Assembly (NCBI GenBank): GCA_944392815.1
Contig: CALXXY010000001.1
Coordinates: 133,141 to 197,140 of the forward strand
DNA: 64,000 nt
Direction: 5' to 3'
Source of the DNA: an uncultured Alphaproteobacteria bacterium
GTDB taxonomy: Bacteria > Pseudomonadota > Alphaproteobacteria > Rs-D84
Shown piece by piece: positions 47,456 through 57,128 of this stretch. Below the pieces are notes generated by a model, which did no database searches, was not told the DNA's origin, and was given only the letters and a program-made list of their open reading frames with translations. Each line of letters begins with the position of its first letter. Position 1 is the first letter of the stretch. The translations under genes and the position numbers were made by a program.

Positions 47456-48088
47456 TTAAGCAATCCATTTTGACTGTTTATCCATATATAGTGGTTCAAG
47501 ATTGCGCCTAAATTCTTCAACAATATTACGGATTTCTTTATTGATCTTATCATCAGGATTGATTTTATCAGCTTTCGTTTCGCAAAATATTAAATCATAT
47601 AACGGTTTGTATTCAGGAATGTCCTTACCATAATATAAATTTTTGGAAGCTTGCATAATCACCGAGTTATAATTAGTCAATTTAAGCATAGCCGCCATGA
47701 TTCCGTTACCCCAATACATATAAGCATTGTTTTGTAAAGAACGCAACCTATCTATAATATCTTGCTGTGTTATCAATCGGTGATGCGGAACAAGATAGTT
47801 TATTCTTTCTGGATGTATATCTACCTTGCCAGGATTTGTAATTGCTTCTGATTTAATCCACTCTAGAGTCTCATCATGCTCTGTTTGGGCTATCATGGGC
47901 ATTCTAACATGTATGTATAAATCCTGGATATCGTAAACAGCGCGCATAATTTCAGCAGCAAGTTCAATTTTCTTTTTACCAATAAATTCCCGCTTCCAAG
48001 TATATAAAGCAACCACGGCGAGAATGGGTGTAATAACAGAAGCAATTGCAGAAATAATACTATAAATATTGCAAGTCATCGATATCAC
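47456..48088 (-). CDS. Hypothetical membrane-anchored protein downstream of the R-M genes
   Basis: N-terminal TM IISAIASVITPILAVVALY; no motif recognised. Confidence 0.35.
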   Translation of the reverse strand: MISMTCNIYSIISAIASVITPILAVVALYTWKREFIGKKKIELAAEIMRAVYDIQDLYIHVRMPMIAQTEHDETLEWIKSEAITNPGKVDIHPERINYLVPHHRLITQQDIIDRLRSLQNNAYMYWGNGIMAAMLKLTNYNSVIMQASKNLYYGKDIPEYKPLYDLIFCETKADKINPDDKINKEIRNIVEEFRRNLEPLYMDKQSKWIA

Positions 48089-48095
48089 CCGTTGT

Positions 48096-49271
48096 TTATT
48101 TTAAACGATCAAACACATAATCAACAGGAGATTCGTATTTATTCGGCATCATAGATGATACAAATCTTCTAACTTCCGGACGAGAATTTAACATATTCTC
48201 TATGATATGACGTTGCAAATCAGGAAACGCCCTGTGTGGTGCTAAAGCTCTGTGACATACTGGACATAATTTTACCAAATTATCCAGTACATCAACCGCA
48301 TCAGAATCATTAGCATATGCAATAACATGATTTACTTCAAAATAATATCTATTGTTTCGTGGCATCAGGAATGAACGATCTTTGATATCATACCGATCAC
48401 CACAACCAACGCATACATCCGCGAAAGTTTCTCTTGCGAATGCAACAATTTTTTGATTTCTGATAGAAAATTTATTTTCTGGCACCACATCAATTGGTTC
48501 ACGAAATTCAAGATCTTGTCTTAAGGCGTTTATTTCATTTGGCGTCAACTCTCTGCCAAGAATCTTTTGACGATAAAAAATCAGACGTTCTTCAAACATG
48601 TGATACGCATGAACTTCACCCAAATTTCTTATATTTACTCTTAAGACATCTGTTTTATATTTATTTATATTCGGGTATCTAGTTATTACGTTTTCGTAAA
48701 ACCATTTCAAATTTATTCTAATTTGAGTATTTCTCTCCCTTTCTCCTGTGGCAAACTGCGGTTGTAATTCTCTAAAGTTTAGGTTCAAACGTTCTATCAA
48801 ATTATTTGAAGACAATAACAGTTTAAAAATATTGTCTACATATCGTGGAGTAGGATTTTTAAGATCCAACGCATATAAGCCACGATTAAAATCTGCGCTT
48901 CCACGCAACAAAAACATTGCCAGAGCAACTTCTTCATCTAGTGGGTAATTAACTGGCAATTTATTCAATAATACGATGATTTTTTCATAAATAGCATTCA
49001 GAAAATCATCCAATGATATGCGTTTGTCATTGACGACAGTTGCAGCTATGGTTGTTGCGTTTATTTGAACAAAATCAATTCCATATTTACGAGTCAGCGC
49101 TTGAGCTGTTTTCTTATGTGAATCCGCTGGCAAAGGTAAAAACTTCGTTATTCTGTACCTGGATTGAATTTCAAAATTTCCGTTTTTTTCATCGGCAGCA
49201 TTGAAAAACGCTACGAAAAGAGTTTCTATCGGCATTTGTAATAATTGACCTATATTCATAACAATCCCCAC
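48096..49271 (-). CDS. HNH nuclease, probable restriction endonuclease of the adjacent MTases
   Basis: C-terminal CVGCG...EVNHVIAYAND...CPVCH HNH motif; start overlaps the MTase stop. Confidence 0.55.
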   Translation of the reverse strand: MGIVMNIGQLLQMPIETLFVAFFNAADEKNGNFEIQSRYRITKFLPLPADSHKKTAQALTRKYGIDFVQINATTIAATVVNDKRISLDDFLNAIYEKIIVLLNKLPVNYPLDEEVALAMFLLRGSADFNRGLYALDLKNPTPRYVDNIFKLLLSSNNLIERLNLNFRELQPQFATGERERNTQIRINLKWFYENVITRYPNINKYKTDVLRVNIRNLGEVHAYHMFEERLIFYRQKILGRELTPNEINALRQDLEFREPIDVVPENKFSIRNQKIVAFARETFADVCVGCGDRYDIKDRSFLMPRNNRYYFEVNHVIAYANDSDAVDVLDNLVKLCPVCHRALAPHRAFPDLQRHIIENMLNSRPEVRRFVSSMMPNKYESPVDYVFDRLK

Positions 49272-50011
49272 TAAATATCATTAAAAATTCTTTTATATGA
49301 CATGTTGTAGAATTTTTCATCCAATTCTACACCTATAAAGTGTCTGTTTTGACGGACACATGCAATACCTGTACTGCCACTACCCATAAATGGGTCTAAC
49401 ACCAAATCCCCGGGGTTTGTTAAGGTTTTTACAAGAAATTCCATCAAACATACAGGCTTCTGGGTTGGGTGCCCCAATCTTTCTTTTCCACTTGGCGATG
49501 GGCATTTGATCTCTGGTCTTAAATATGAGCCACTAGTATTATTAAATGTCCATTTCTTTTTGCCTTTGACACACCATATTGCCAATTCATAATCAGCAAC
49601 GAACCGACTGGACATATTACGTGGCATTGGATTTGGTTTAATCCACCTTATCAAGTCTTTTACAGAGTATCCATGTTGCTCTAACGTTTTTGCTATGGTT
49701 CCGATATTCAAAAAACTATTAAATATAACGATATTACCGCCGTCTTTTAATAATGTATCAGCAATATCTAACCAAGATAATAAGTCAAAGCCTTTATCCC
49801 ATTCACCAAAATCCACCCCCTGTCTTTTAGCAGATTTCATTGTTCCAAAATTATTGCTCTTAGATATGTTATATGGTGGATCTGTAATAATAGCATCAAC
49901 TTTTATGCCTTTCTTAGCTAAATCGGTCATAGCAATCAAACAGTCTCCGTGTATAAGTTGAACGGATTCTTTGTTGAGTAAGCCATTAAAATCCATCTGA
50001 CTATTATTCAT
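49271..50011 (-). CDS. DNA methyltransferase, N6-adenine/N4-cytosine (beta-class order)
   Basis: Motif IV DAIITDPPYN precedes motif I LVLDPFMGSGSTGIA. Confidence 0.8.
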   Translation of the reverse strand: MNNSQMDFNGLLNKESVQLIHGDCLIAMTDLAKKGIKVDAIITDPPYNISKSNNFGTMKSAKRQGVDFGEWDKGFDLLSWLDIADTLLKDGGNIVIFNSFLNIGTIAKTLEQHGYSVKDLIRWIKPNPMPRNMSSRFVADYELAIWCVKGKKKWTFNNTSGSYLRPEIKCPSPSGKERLGHPTQKPVCLMEFLVKTLTNPGDLVLDPFMGSGSTGIACVRQNRHFIGVELDEKFYNMSYKRIFNDI

Positions 50012-51071
50012 CTTCAGCTTTTATTATCTCTTGTGCTATTGCGTTGGCTAATCTAGGCGGCACAGCATTGCCAATCTGTTTTATTATAGACGATTTATTG
50101 CCATAAAAGACAAAGTCATCTGGAAATGATTGGATACGCGCTGCCTCTCGCGGCGTTATAGACCTGTTCAAAAACGGGTGATTATTACGACCATTTGATG
50201 GCGTATCAAATCTGGTAACGATGGTAGGTGACGGTTTGTCTTTTTCAAGACGCCCCCATGTTCCACCAAATGTAGATTTAGTCAAATGCTCTTTTGGTAA
50301 AAACTCTTTGCCTTTTTCTGGTGGAATTAAAGATAACCTGTATATGGCTACATCTGAATGCTTTGTCGCCACATGATTATACAATTTCTTGCTGTTTTTG
50401 CGAAGCTCTTTTTGATAATCACTTTGTGCAGCATTTCTATATTCTGAAATAAAATCTCCTTCACCAGATTCTAGATAAGCTAAATCTGAAATGGCGTCCC
50501 AAACCGAAACCTGTCTTGCTTGTAAATTTTGAACAGGTAGTTTGATTTCGCCCCTTTTTGTACCTATAAATACAGCTCTTCTTCTGGTTTGTGGTACGCC
50601 AAAGTATCGGGCATCCAATACCCCATAATTAACAGTATACCCTTGTCTGTGCGCTTCCTTCAAAATAAGTTTCAGGAAATAACCATTTTCTGTACCAAGT
50701 ATACTTGCAACGTTTTCAATGACAAAATATTTTGGATTAAAGAACTTAGTATATCTAAAAAATTCTTTGAACAAAAAGTTTCTCTCATCTTCTCTGCCAA
50801 GACATTTACCACGTGTTGAAAAACCCTGACATGGGGGCCCCCCAACGATGATATCAATTTTTGCGTCTATTTGTTTTGCGATATCTTTTATATCTAACTT
50901 ACAAATATCGCCTATAAATACCTTTGCATTTGGATTGTTTTTAGCATATGAAGCCGCTATCGTTGGGTCCCACTCCAACCCAGCGACAACATTAAAACGA
51001 CCAGTCTGTTCAAAACCAAGACTCAAACCGCCAACACCGCAAAACAATTCAAACAAATTGAGTTTTTTCAT
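50004..51071 (-). CDS. DNA (cytosine-5)-methyltransferase
   Basis: Motif I LFCGVGGLSLGF, motif IV GGPPCQGFS, motif VI ENV, motif X QIGNAVPP. Confidence 0.9.
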   Translation of the reverse strand: MKKLNLFELFCGVGGLSLGFEQTGRFNVVAGLEWDPTIAASYAKNNPNAKVFIGDICKLDIKDIAKQIDAKIDIIVGGPPCQGFSTRGKCLGREDERNFLFKEFFRYTKFFNPKYFVIENVASILGTENGYFLKLILKEAHRQGYTVNYGVLDARYFGVPQTRRRAVFIGTKRGEIKLPVQNLQARQVSVWDAISDLAYLESGEGDFISEYRNAAQSDYQKELRKNSKKLYNHVATKHSDVAIYRLSLIPPEKGKEFLPKEHLTKSTFGGTWGRLEKDKPSPTIVTRFDTPSNGRNNHPFLNRSITPREAARIQSFPDDFVFYGNKSSIIKQIGNAVPPRLANAIAQEIIKAEDE

Positions 51072-51335
51072 TATTCCTTCCGATAGAAAAACTATACAAG
51101 AATTTTACAAACAAAATCAAGGCGATTTACAACTTTCTATAAGCCCTATTTTTACCCAATGTTACTATTCGGAACACTTTAAGGTACAATAAATCGCAAA
51201 ATCTGTGAATGTTATCCAAATAGGGGTGGATAGTCATTTCTTTTATATATCAGACATTTTGTGTAATAGAGTTTTATCAACTTGACTTTCTGCGCTTTGT
51301 AAGCAGTAATTGCACAACCTTAAAAGGATGTGATT

Positions 51336-51773
51336 ATGGCAAAAATTGAATTACCGACGACATTGGATGAATTACGTGCGATGTCGTTCGCAGATCGGGT
51401 GGCATTATGGGCAAAATACAGTCCATATCCGTTTAAACGGCAAATGCGGTCGCTTTGGTATTATATTCAATGTGACCGCCTAAACCTGCGAATTGAGCAT
51501 AAATATCTAGTAAAAATCCGCAAATACAAAGATGAACCAGAAAAATGCTTAACCAGTGTTCAAAAAAACAAATATAACTTTGTTCCTGGCACAATTCTGA
51601 CCCGATATTTCAAGGGCATAAAACACACCATCTTAGTCAATGATGATGGCAGTTTTTCTTATAACGGCGATAAATATTCCACATTGTCGGGGGTAGCAAC
51701 TAAAATTGCTGGTATGAAAATGTCTGGCAACTTCTTTTTTGGTATAAACAAAAGGTACAAACATGACAATTAA
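51336..51773 (+). CDS. DUF2924 protein (recombinase-associated)
   Basis: LDELRAMSFADRVALWAKYSPYPFKRQMRSLWYYIQ pattern; overlaps the recombinase start; aaagga RBS before the ATG at 51336. Confidence 0.5.
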   Translation: MAKIELPTTLDELRAMSFADRVALWAKYSPYPFKRQMRSLWYYIQCDRLNLRIEHKYLVKIRKYKDEPEKCLTSVQKNKYNFVPGTILTRYFKGIKHTILVNDDGSFSYNGDKYSTLSGVATKIAGMKMSGNFFFGINKRYKHDN

Positions 51774-53352
51774 GTGCGCAATTTATACGCGTAAATCAAC
51801 AGAACACGGACTTGAACAAGAATTTAATTCTCTGCAAAACCAAGAAGAGTCCTGCAAAGCATATATTGCATCGCAATCCTTCAACGGCTGGCAATATTAT
51901 AAAACATACAGCGATGCGGCGATATCTGGTGGGACTATGGAACGCCCGGCACTAAAACAAATGTTGGATGATATGGCACACGGTTTAGTAAATACGGTGG
52001 TCGTTTACAAAGTTGATCGATTATCGCGTTCAATCTTGGATTTCCACAATATGATGAAATATTTTGAAAGATACGGTGCAAATTTTGTATCCATTACTCA
52101 GTCATTTGATACCAGTACATCAATGGGGAAACTGACACTGAATATGTTGCTGTCATTCGCCCAATTTGAACGCGAGGTGTCATCGGAACGTGTGCGTGAT
52201 AAAATCCGTGCTAGTAAGGCCAAGGGTCTGTGGATGGGCGGTAATCCGCCACTGGGGTATGATGTGATAGATAAAAAGTTGATCCCGAACACGGCTGAGG
52301 CCACAAACGTTCGGAAACTTTTTGAAAAGTATCTGGAACTGCAATCTGTAAATGCATTAACAGAATATGTCGCGGCGCACAAAATATATGCCAAACAATG
52401 GACAACCGCCAAAGGTATTATCAAAGGTGGTCGTCCCATTGCAAAAATGAGTATGCACCGTATCCTGCGGGATAAGATTTACATCGGTCAAATTGAAAAC
52501 AAAAAAGAAGGCACTTTTGCCAAAGGCGAACACGAACCAATAATTCCCGAAGAACTGTTTAATCGTGTTCAGGTTGCGCTGGCTAATAATTCCAACAACA
52601 AATCACCCAGCACGCGTGCACCGAATATACTAACTGGCAAACTGTTTAATCATAATGGTGTTAAATTTATAAATCAACGCACAAGTGGTAAAGGCAAAAA
52701 GACCGCGTATTATTATGCAACCAAAGGCTTCTATCTGACCGCGACACGCGTGGATGCAATCGCCATAAAAACAATAACGGATTTTCTGAATAGCGATATG
52801 TCGAATTTGCCTATAAACTTGGCCACCATATTAAAACGAATTGATATTACAAATATGACATATACACAAAAACGAGATTTGATTCAATCGCTGGTTGAAA
52901 AGGTTGTATATTCGCAGGAACAATTGATTTATACGCTTACGACCGATGCTACAAAATTGCAACAATTTGTATCCGAAAATTATGTAAATCAAAATACAGA
53001 TAAAATGGAATACATAATTGGAGACAATAGCGTCACAATTACCGAAAAAGTATTTCTTCGTAAATATGTGAATACAGTATACGACCGTGGCAAAAATGGG
53101 GTATTAAATGTCACCGACAACAACCATCTGATTCTGAAAGCCTTTGCCACCGCATGGAAATATCGTGAATTATACGAACAAGATGGTAATGTAGATAATA
53201 TTATTCGCTACCTGCACACTTCGCCACGCCAATTCTACCGTTATCTGGGCATCGCATACATGACCCCAGACAATGTCAACGAAATCTTGTCTGGGAAATT
53301 AAAAATTAATGTTAATGATTTATTTCGGATTGCGAGAGAAAACGATTTTTAA
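51763..53352 (+). CDS. Large serine recombinase (integrase)
   Basis: IYTRKST (catalytic Ser), VDRLSRS, recombinase domain KAKGLWMGGNPPLGYD; 529 aa. Confidence 0.85.
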   Translation: MTIKCAIYTRKSTEHGLEQEFNSLQNQEESCKAYIASQSFNGWQYYKTYSDAAISGGTMERPALKQMLDDMAHGLVNTVVVYKVDRLSRSILDFHNMMKYFERYGANFVSITQSFDTSTSMGKLTLNMLLSFAQFEREVSSERVRDKIRASKAKGLWMGGNPPLGYDVIDKKLIPNTAEATNVRKLFEKYLELQSVNALTEYVAAHKIYAKQWTTAKGIIKGGRPIAKMSMHRILRDKIYIGQIENKKEGTFAKGEHEPIIPEELFNRVQVALANNSNNKSPSTRAPNILTGKLFNHNGVKFINQRTSGKGKKTAYYYATKGFYLTATRVDAIAIKTITDFLNSDMSNLPINLATILKRIDITNMTYTQKRDLIQSLVEKVVYSQEQLIYTLTTDATKLQQFVSENYVNQNTDKMEYIIGDNSVTITEKVFLRKYVNTVYDRGKNGVLNVTDNNHLILKAFATAWKYRELYEQDGNVDNIIRYLHTSPRQFYRYLGIAYMTPDNVNEILSGKLKINVNDLFRIARENDF

Positions 53353-53357
53353 TGAAA

Positions 53358-55286
53358 TTATTTTTTTAGGATATTGTAATATTGATCCTCAAGATATTGT
53401 ATGCCATCTTCTTTATCAATATGACTATTTAACATTTGTTTCATGTTAAATAAAGCTTGCTCGTTTTCATTTAAAATATCAGCCCATGTTTTTATATATA
53501 ATCTTTTATTTGGTGTGTCTTGTACACCATAATTTATAAAACCTGTTTTCTTATTTTCTATTTCTTTTTGAGCTTCCAGTTTAATTTTAGAAGAAACCAC
53601 AATTATATCCATTTCGTATTTATCAAACTGAGCATTTGACGTAATAGTGTTGTAGTATTTTTTAATTTGAGTAACTTCATCAAATCCTATATCAACACTA
53701 GGTCTTTTCAACTCAACTATTAGTGCTTTCGGAGCATCGCCAGAAAAACCTTTTCTAGCAAAAAATAAATCGGGTATATACTCTCCTCCAACAATATCAC
53801 CCTGACAAGCAAAATCTTTTAAACTATCGCGCAATTCTTTTATAATCGTGCTAAAAGCATTATCCGAAGCTAAAAAATTAAACCTTTCGCCAAAAATCCA
53901 CGTTTCATTTTCAATAATTTTATGTAATTGGGAACGTTCTTTTATGTTTTTTAAATCACCATATGCTATTTGCCTTAATCCCTCTAAAAATTTTAATCTG
54001 CGTTGTATTGTTGAAGCGGTTTTGATTATTGAATTTAAAGATACCTCTTTTAGTAAATCAGAAAAATCTTGCATTTCTTCAGCGGTTAAATCCATCAGTT
54101 TTTCCAATACGTCTTTAAAATTTTCAGGATCTTTTTGTATAACTAATTGAATAGTATTAACAATGCCCTTTCTGATATATTGCGGTGTAGAACTTTTAAA
54201 TACTGATGGACGAGTAGTATTTAGTTTTATTAGAATTTTATCATAAATACGTTTAGTCTGTTCTTCTGATACGGTTAGTTCACTATCATCATCGTACGGA
54301 TAAATTCCGTCTCGCTTAAGGATCTGGATAATGTCTTCGGATTTTTGCTTATTATGATTGAAAACAAAAGCATTTTTCATTTCAATCGCTTGGTTTTTTA
54401 TATAAGATAATTCTGGGTCTAAATTAGCAACACCTAAACGATTTTCTTTATACGCATTGGCAACCCTATCTGCTGCTACATACACAGAGTGATTTGACGT
54501 TTTCTTGCTATCATCCAATTTATCTTCCAATAGAGTATTCCAACTTGAATCACACCAAAACAAACGATTATTTTCTGGAGTAGTGGTTTTCCAAACAATC
54601 GTCTTCATTTTTACATCTTCATTTGGATTTGGCAAATTGCTAATATCACTTGTAGCTTCAATATGATCAGAAATATCTAGCAGGACACCGTTTAATGTTA
54701 CAGATATTCGTTTATCTTCAAGAATAGTAACAAAAAAACGTTCTAAGGTTTCTTTTAAGTCTTGTTGTGATGGAATTTTTATAGTTTTCCCATTTGCATA
54801 TGCTGTAAAAATAGTCCCTGTAATTGTTTTTATATCAGAAACATCCGCATCGTCTTCTATTTCTGGTTTTAAAGGATCATTGATATTTATAGTAACTCTT
54901 GTAGAATCTTTGTCTGTTTTGGTTTTCCATTCTACAATATTACCTAAAGCAAAACTTTTAAATCTACCTTGTCCATTACGTCCATGTACCAATCGATGGA
55001 AATCGTTTGTTTGTCCGAGCCTTTTGTTTGACTTTCCGAGAGTTAGAAAGGGGTCAACTTCTGTGTCCTCGTTTGGTTTATAAAAACCCTTACCATTATC
55101 TATAACTGTGATTTTATCGACCACCTTTAATTCATTCATGTAGATATTTATATCGATCTTGCTTGCAGATGCATCTAACGAATTATAGATTATTTCTTCA
55201 AGAGCCTCAACTGGATTTAAATTGCTATAATTAGTGTTAATTAATTTAGGATTGGTTCGTACATTAGCAGTTCGTATCTTTGGCAT
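53358..55286 (-). CDS. Uncharacterised GHKL (HATPase_c) ATPase fused to a C-terminal PD-(D/E)xK nuclease-like domain
   Basis: N-box EALEEIIYNSLDA, G1 DNGKGF, G2 GRNGQGRFKS; C-terminus GEYIPDLFF...ALIVELKRP (PD...ExK). Confidence 0.55.
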   Translation of the reverse strand: MPKIRTANVRTNPKLINTNYSNLNPVEALEEIIYNSLDASASKIDINIYMNELKVVDKITVIDNGKGFYKPNEDTEVDPFLTLGKSNKRLGQTNDFHRLVHGRNGQGRFKSFALGNIVEWKTKTDKDSTRVTININDPLKPEIEDDADVSDIKTITGTIFTAYANGKTIKIPSQQDLKETLERFFVTILEDKRISVTLNGVLLDISDHIEATSDISNLPNPNEDVKMKTIVWKTTTPENNRLFWCDSSWNTLLEDKLDDSKKTSNHSVYVAADRVANAYKENRLGVANLDPELSYIKNQAIEMKNAFVFNHNKQKSEDIIQILKRDGIYPYDDDSELTVSEEQTKRIYDKILIKLNTTRPSVFKSSTPQYIRKGIVNTIQLVIQKDPENFKDVLEKLMDLTAEEMQDFSDLLKEVSLNSIIKTASTIQRRLKFLEGLRQIAYGDLKNIKERSQLHKIIENETWIFGERFNFLASDNAFSTIIKELRDSLKDFACQGDIVGGEYIPDLFFARKGFSGDAPKALIVELKRPSVDIGFDEVTQIKKYYNTITSNAQFDKYEMDIIVVSSKIKLEAQKEIENKKTGFINYGVQDTPNKRLYIKTWADILNENEQALFNMKQMLNSHIDKEDGIQYLEDQYYNILKK

Positions 55287-55484
55287 ATATTTTCCTGTTT
55301 TTCAATACTGATTTTATTATTCATTTTATATAAAAGCAATTTATTTTATTATGAAAACTGGCATCGGGTTTTTGGGCAGAGTATATAGTTGTGATGAAAT
55401 TGGGCGGATTGTTGGCAACTGGCGATATACACTGGTAATATCGTCCGCAAAGATCGCCAGAAACGGGGCGAAAAAGAACATCCC

Positions 55485-55511
55485 GTGTGATTGCCACGGG
55501 ATGTCAGATAT
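55485..55511 (-). terminator. Terminator of tRNA-Ser (inside the island end)
   Basis: catcccgtg-gcaatcac-acgggatg followed by ttcttttt on the minus strand. Confidence 0.65.
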
Positions 55512-55514
55512 TAC

Positions 55515-55604
55515 TGGCGGATGGGGAGGGATTCGAACCCCCGGTGGAGTTGCCCCCACAACGGTTTTCAAGACCGTCGCAATCGACCGCTCTGCCACCC
55601 ATCC
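55515..55604 (-). tRNA. tRNA-Ser (TGA)
   Basis: Minus strand ggatgggtggcagagcggtcgattgcgacggtcttgaaaaccgttgtgggggcaactccaccgggggttcgaatccctccccatccgcca; long variable arm. Confidence 0.9.
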
Positions 55605-55817
55605 TAAACTTTTTTACCGACGGTCTCTCAAACCTACGGTTGTGTTCGCTGACCGCTACCCAACGGTGCCGGCAAAACGTCACGAACGCGCGTATTATAC
55701 AGTACTGGGGGCGTGTTGTCAATTCATCTGTTGGAGGAAAATTATTACGCTTGCGAACGTGCGGGTATATGATATCATTATCCCCATGGAGAGGGCCAAC
55801 ATAAAAGGCAATAAAAC

Positions 55818-56831
55818 ATGGCTAAATCTATTTTGGTGACTGGTGGCGCGGGATTCATAGGTTCGAATTTTGTTCCGTATTTTGCAAAAAAATATCCTGA
55901 ATATCGTATATTTAACCTGGACAAATTGACTTATGCGGCAAATTTGGACAATTTGGCGGAATGTCGCGATATGCCGAATTATAAATTTATCCAGGGCGAC
56001 ATTTGCGATGCAAATTTGGTTGACGCCATATTCCAAGATTGCGATATTCGTGGCGTTATTCATTTCGCAGCCGAAAGCCATGTTGACAATTCCATAACCG
56101 GGCCGCGCGCTTTTATTAATACAAATGTTATGGGGACGACCAATTTATTGGAATCCGCACGTGGTCATTGGATGGACGCGCCACACCGCGTAAAACCCGG
56201 TCATGAATCCGACAGATTTCATCATATTTCCACAGACGAGGTTTACGGTGCGTTGGGTTCGACGGGGCTGTTTACGGAAACCACGCCATATGACCCCAGC
56301 AGTCCATATTCTGCGTCCAAGGCCGCGTCTGACCACCTGGTCAGTGCATGGCACCGCACGTTTGGGTTAAATACAACCATATCGAATTGTTCGAATAACT
56401 ATGGTCCGAAACAGCACCCTGAAAAATTAATCCCGAAAATTATTCAAAATTGTGTTAATTGGCAACCGATACCTATCTATGGGCGCGGTGAAAACGTTCG
56501 CGATTGGCTGTATGTGTTGGATCATGCGCGCGCGATTGATTTAATTTTCCACAATGGCCGTGCGGGGCAAACATATAACATAGGCGGACATAACGAACGC
56601 ACCAATATGCAGATAGTAAATACTATCTGTGCCATTATGGATAAAAAAATGCCGCGGCAATCGGGAAAGTATTCAGATTTAATCACTTTTGTTGCGGACA
56701 GACCGGGTCATGATTTGCGATATGCAATTGACGCATCGAAACTGGAACGCGAGTTGGGTTGGCGTGCGAATGAAACGTTTGATCGTGGAATCGTAAAAAC
56801 TGTTGATTGGTATTTACAAAAATCGCGTTAA
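55818..56831 (+). CDS. rfbB: dTDP-glucose 4,6-dehydratase
   Basis: ILVTGGAGFIGSNF, YSASKAASDH (YxxxK) motifs; 337 aa. Confidence 0.9.
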   Translation: MAKSILVTGGAGFIGSNFVPYFAKKYPEYRIFNLDKLTYAANLDNLAECRDMPNYKFIQGDICDANLVDAIFQDCDIRGVIHFAAESHVDNSITGPRAFINTNVMGTTNLLESARGHWMDAPHRVKPGHESDRFHHISTDEVYGALGSTGLFTETTPYDPSSPYSASKAASDHLVSAWHRTFGLNTTISNCSNNYGPKQHPEKLIPKIIQNCVNWQPIPIYGRGENVRDWLYVLDHARAIDLIFHNGRAGQTYNIGGHNERTNMQIVNTICAIMDKKMPRQSGKYSDLITFVADRPGHDLRYAIDASKLERELGWRANETFDRGIVKTVDWYLQKSR

Positions 56832-56864
56832 AAAATGCCGGCATTTGCCGGCGTTTTTATTTTG
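56832..56864 (+). terminator. Terminator of rfbB
   Basis: gccggc-attt-gccggc + T-run. Confidence 0.7.
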
Positions 56865-57126
56865 TTCTGTACGCGTCAGATATTTTTTTCAGACACAGTG
56901 ATTTTATATCCATACATTCGCGCGCATAATCAGGCCACACAAACGGTACATCACGCGGCGTGCCGTGTGCCAATGTCCAATATACGCCATGGCCACGCGT
57001 GTCCTGGCACTGCATTTTATAACATGCCTGGTGATAATTGTTAAAACAACACGCATCGCATTTTGCGCCAGTGGATTTATTTGCGATTAATAATTCATTT
57101 AAATCAGATACGGAATCATATTTCAT
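56857..57126 (-). CDS. Hypothetical small Cys-rich protein
   Basis: 89-aa ORF with C..CC...C...C..H spacing; could be spurious. Confidence 0.3.
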   Translation of the reverse strand: MKYDSVSDLNELLIANKSTGAKCDACCFNNYHQACYKMQCQDTRGHGVYWTLAHGTPRDVPFVWPDYARECMDIKSLCLKKISDAYRTK

Positions 57127-57128
57127 TT

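Larger units (their letters stand above)
36502..55530. mobile_element. ~19-kb AT-rich genomic island integrated at the 3' end of tRNA-Ser(TGA); 16-bp direct repeats tggcggatggggaggg at both ends
   Basis: The 16-bp match is at 36502-36517 and 55515-55530 (the 3' end of tRNA-Ser). The interior is markedly AT-rich, encodes a large serine recombinase, phage terminase, R-M genes and glycosyltransferases, and is flanked by housekeeping genes. Confidence 0.7.
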
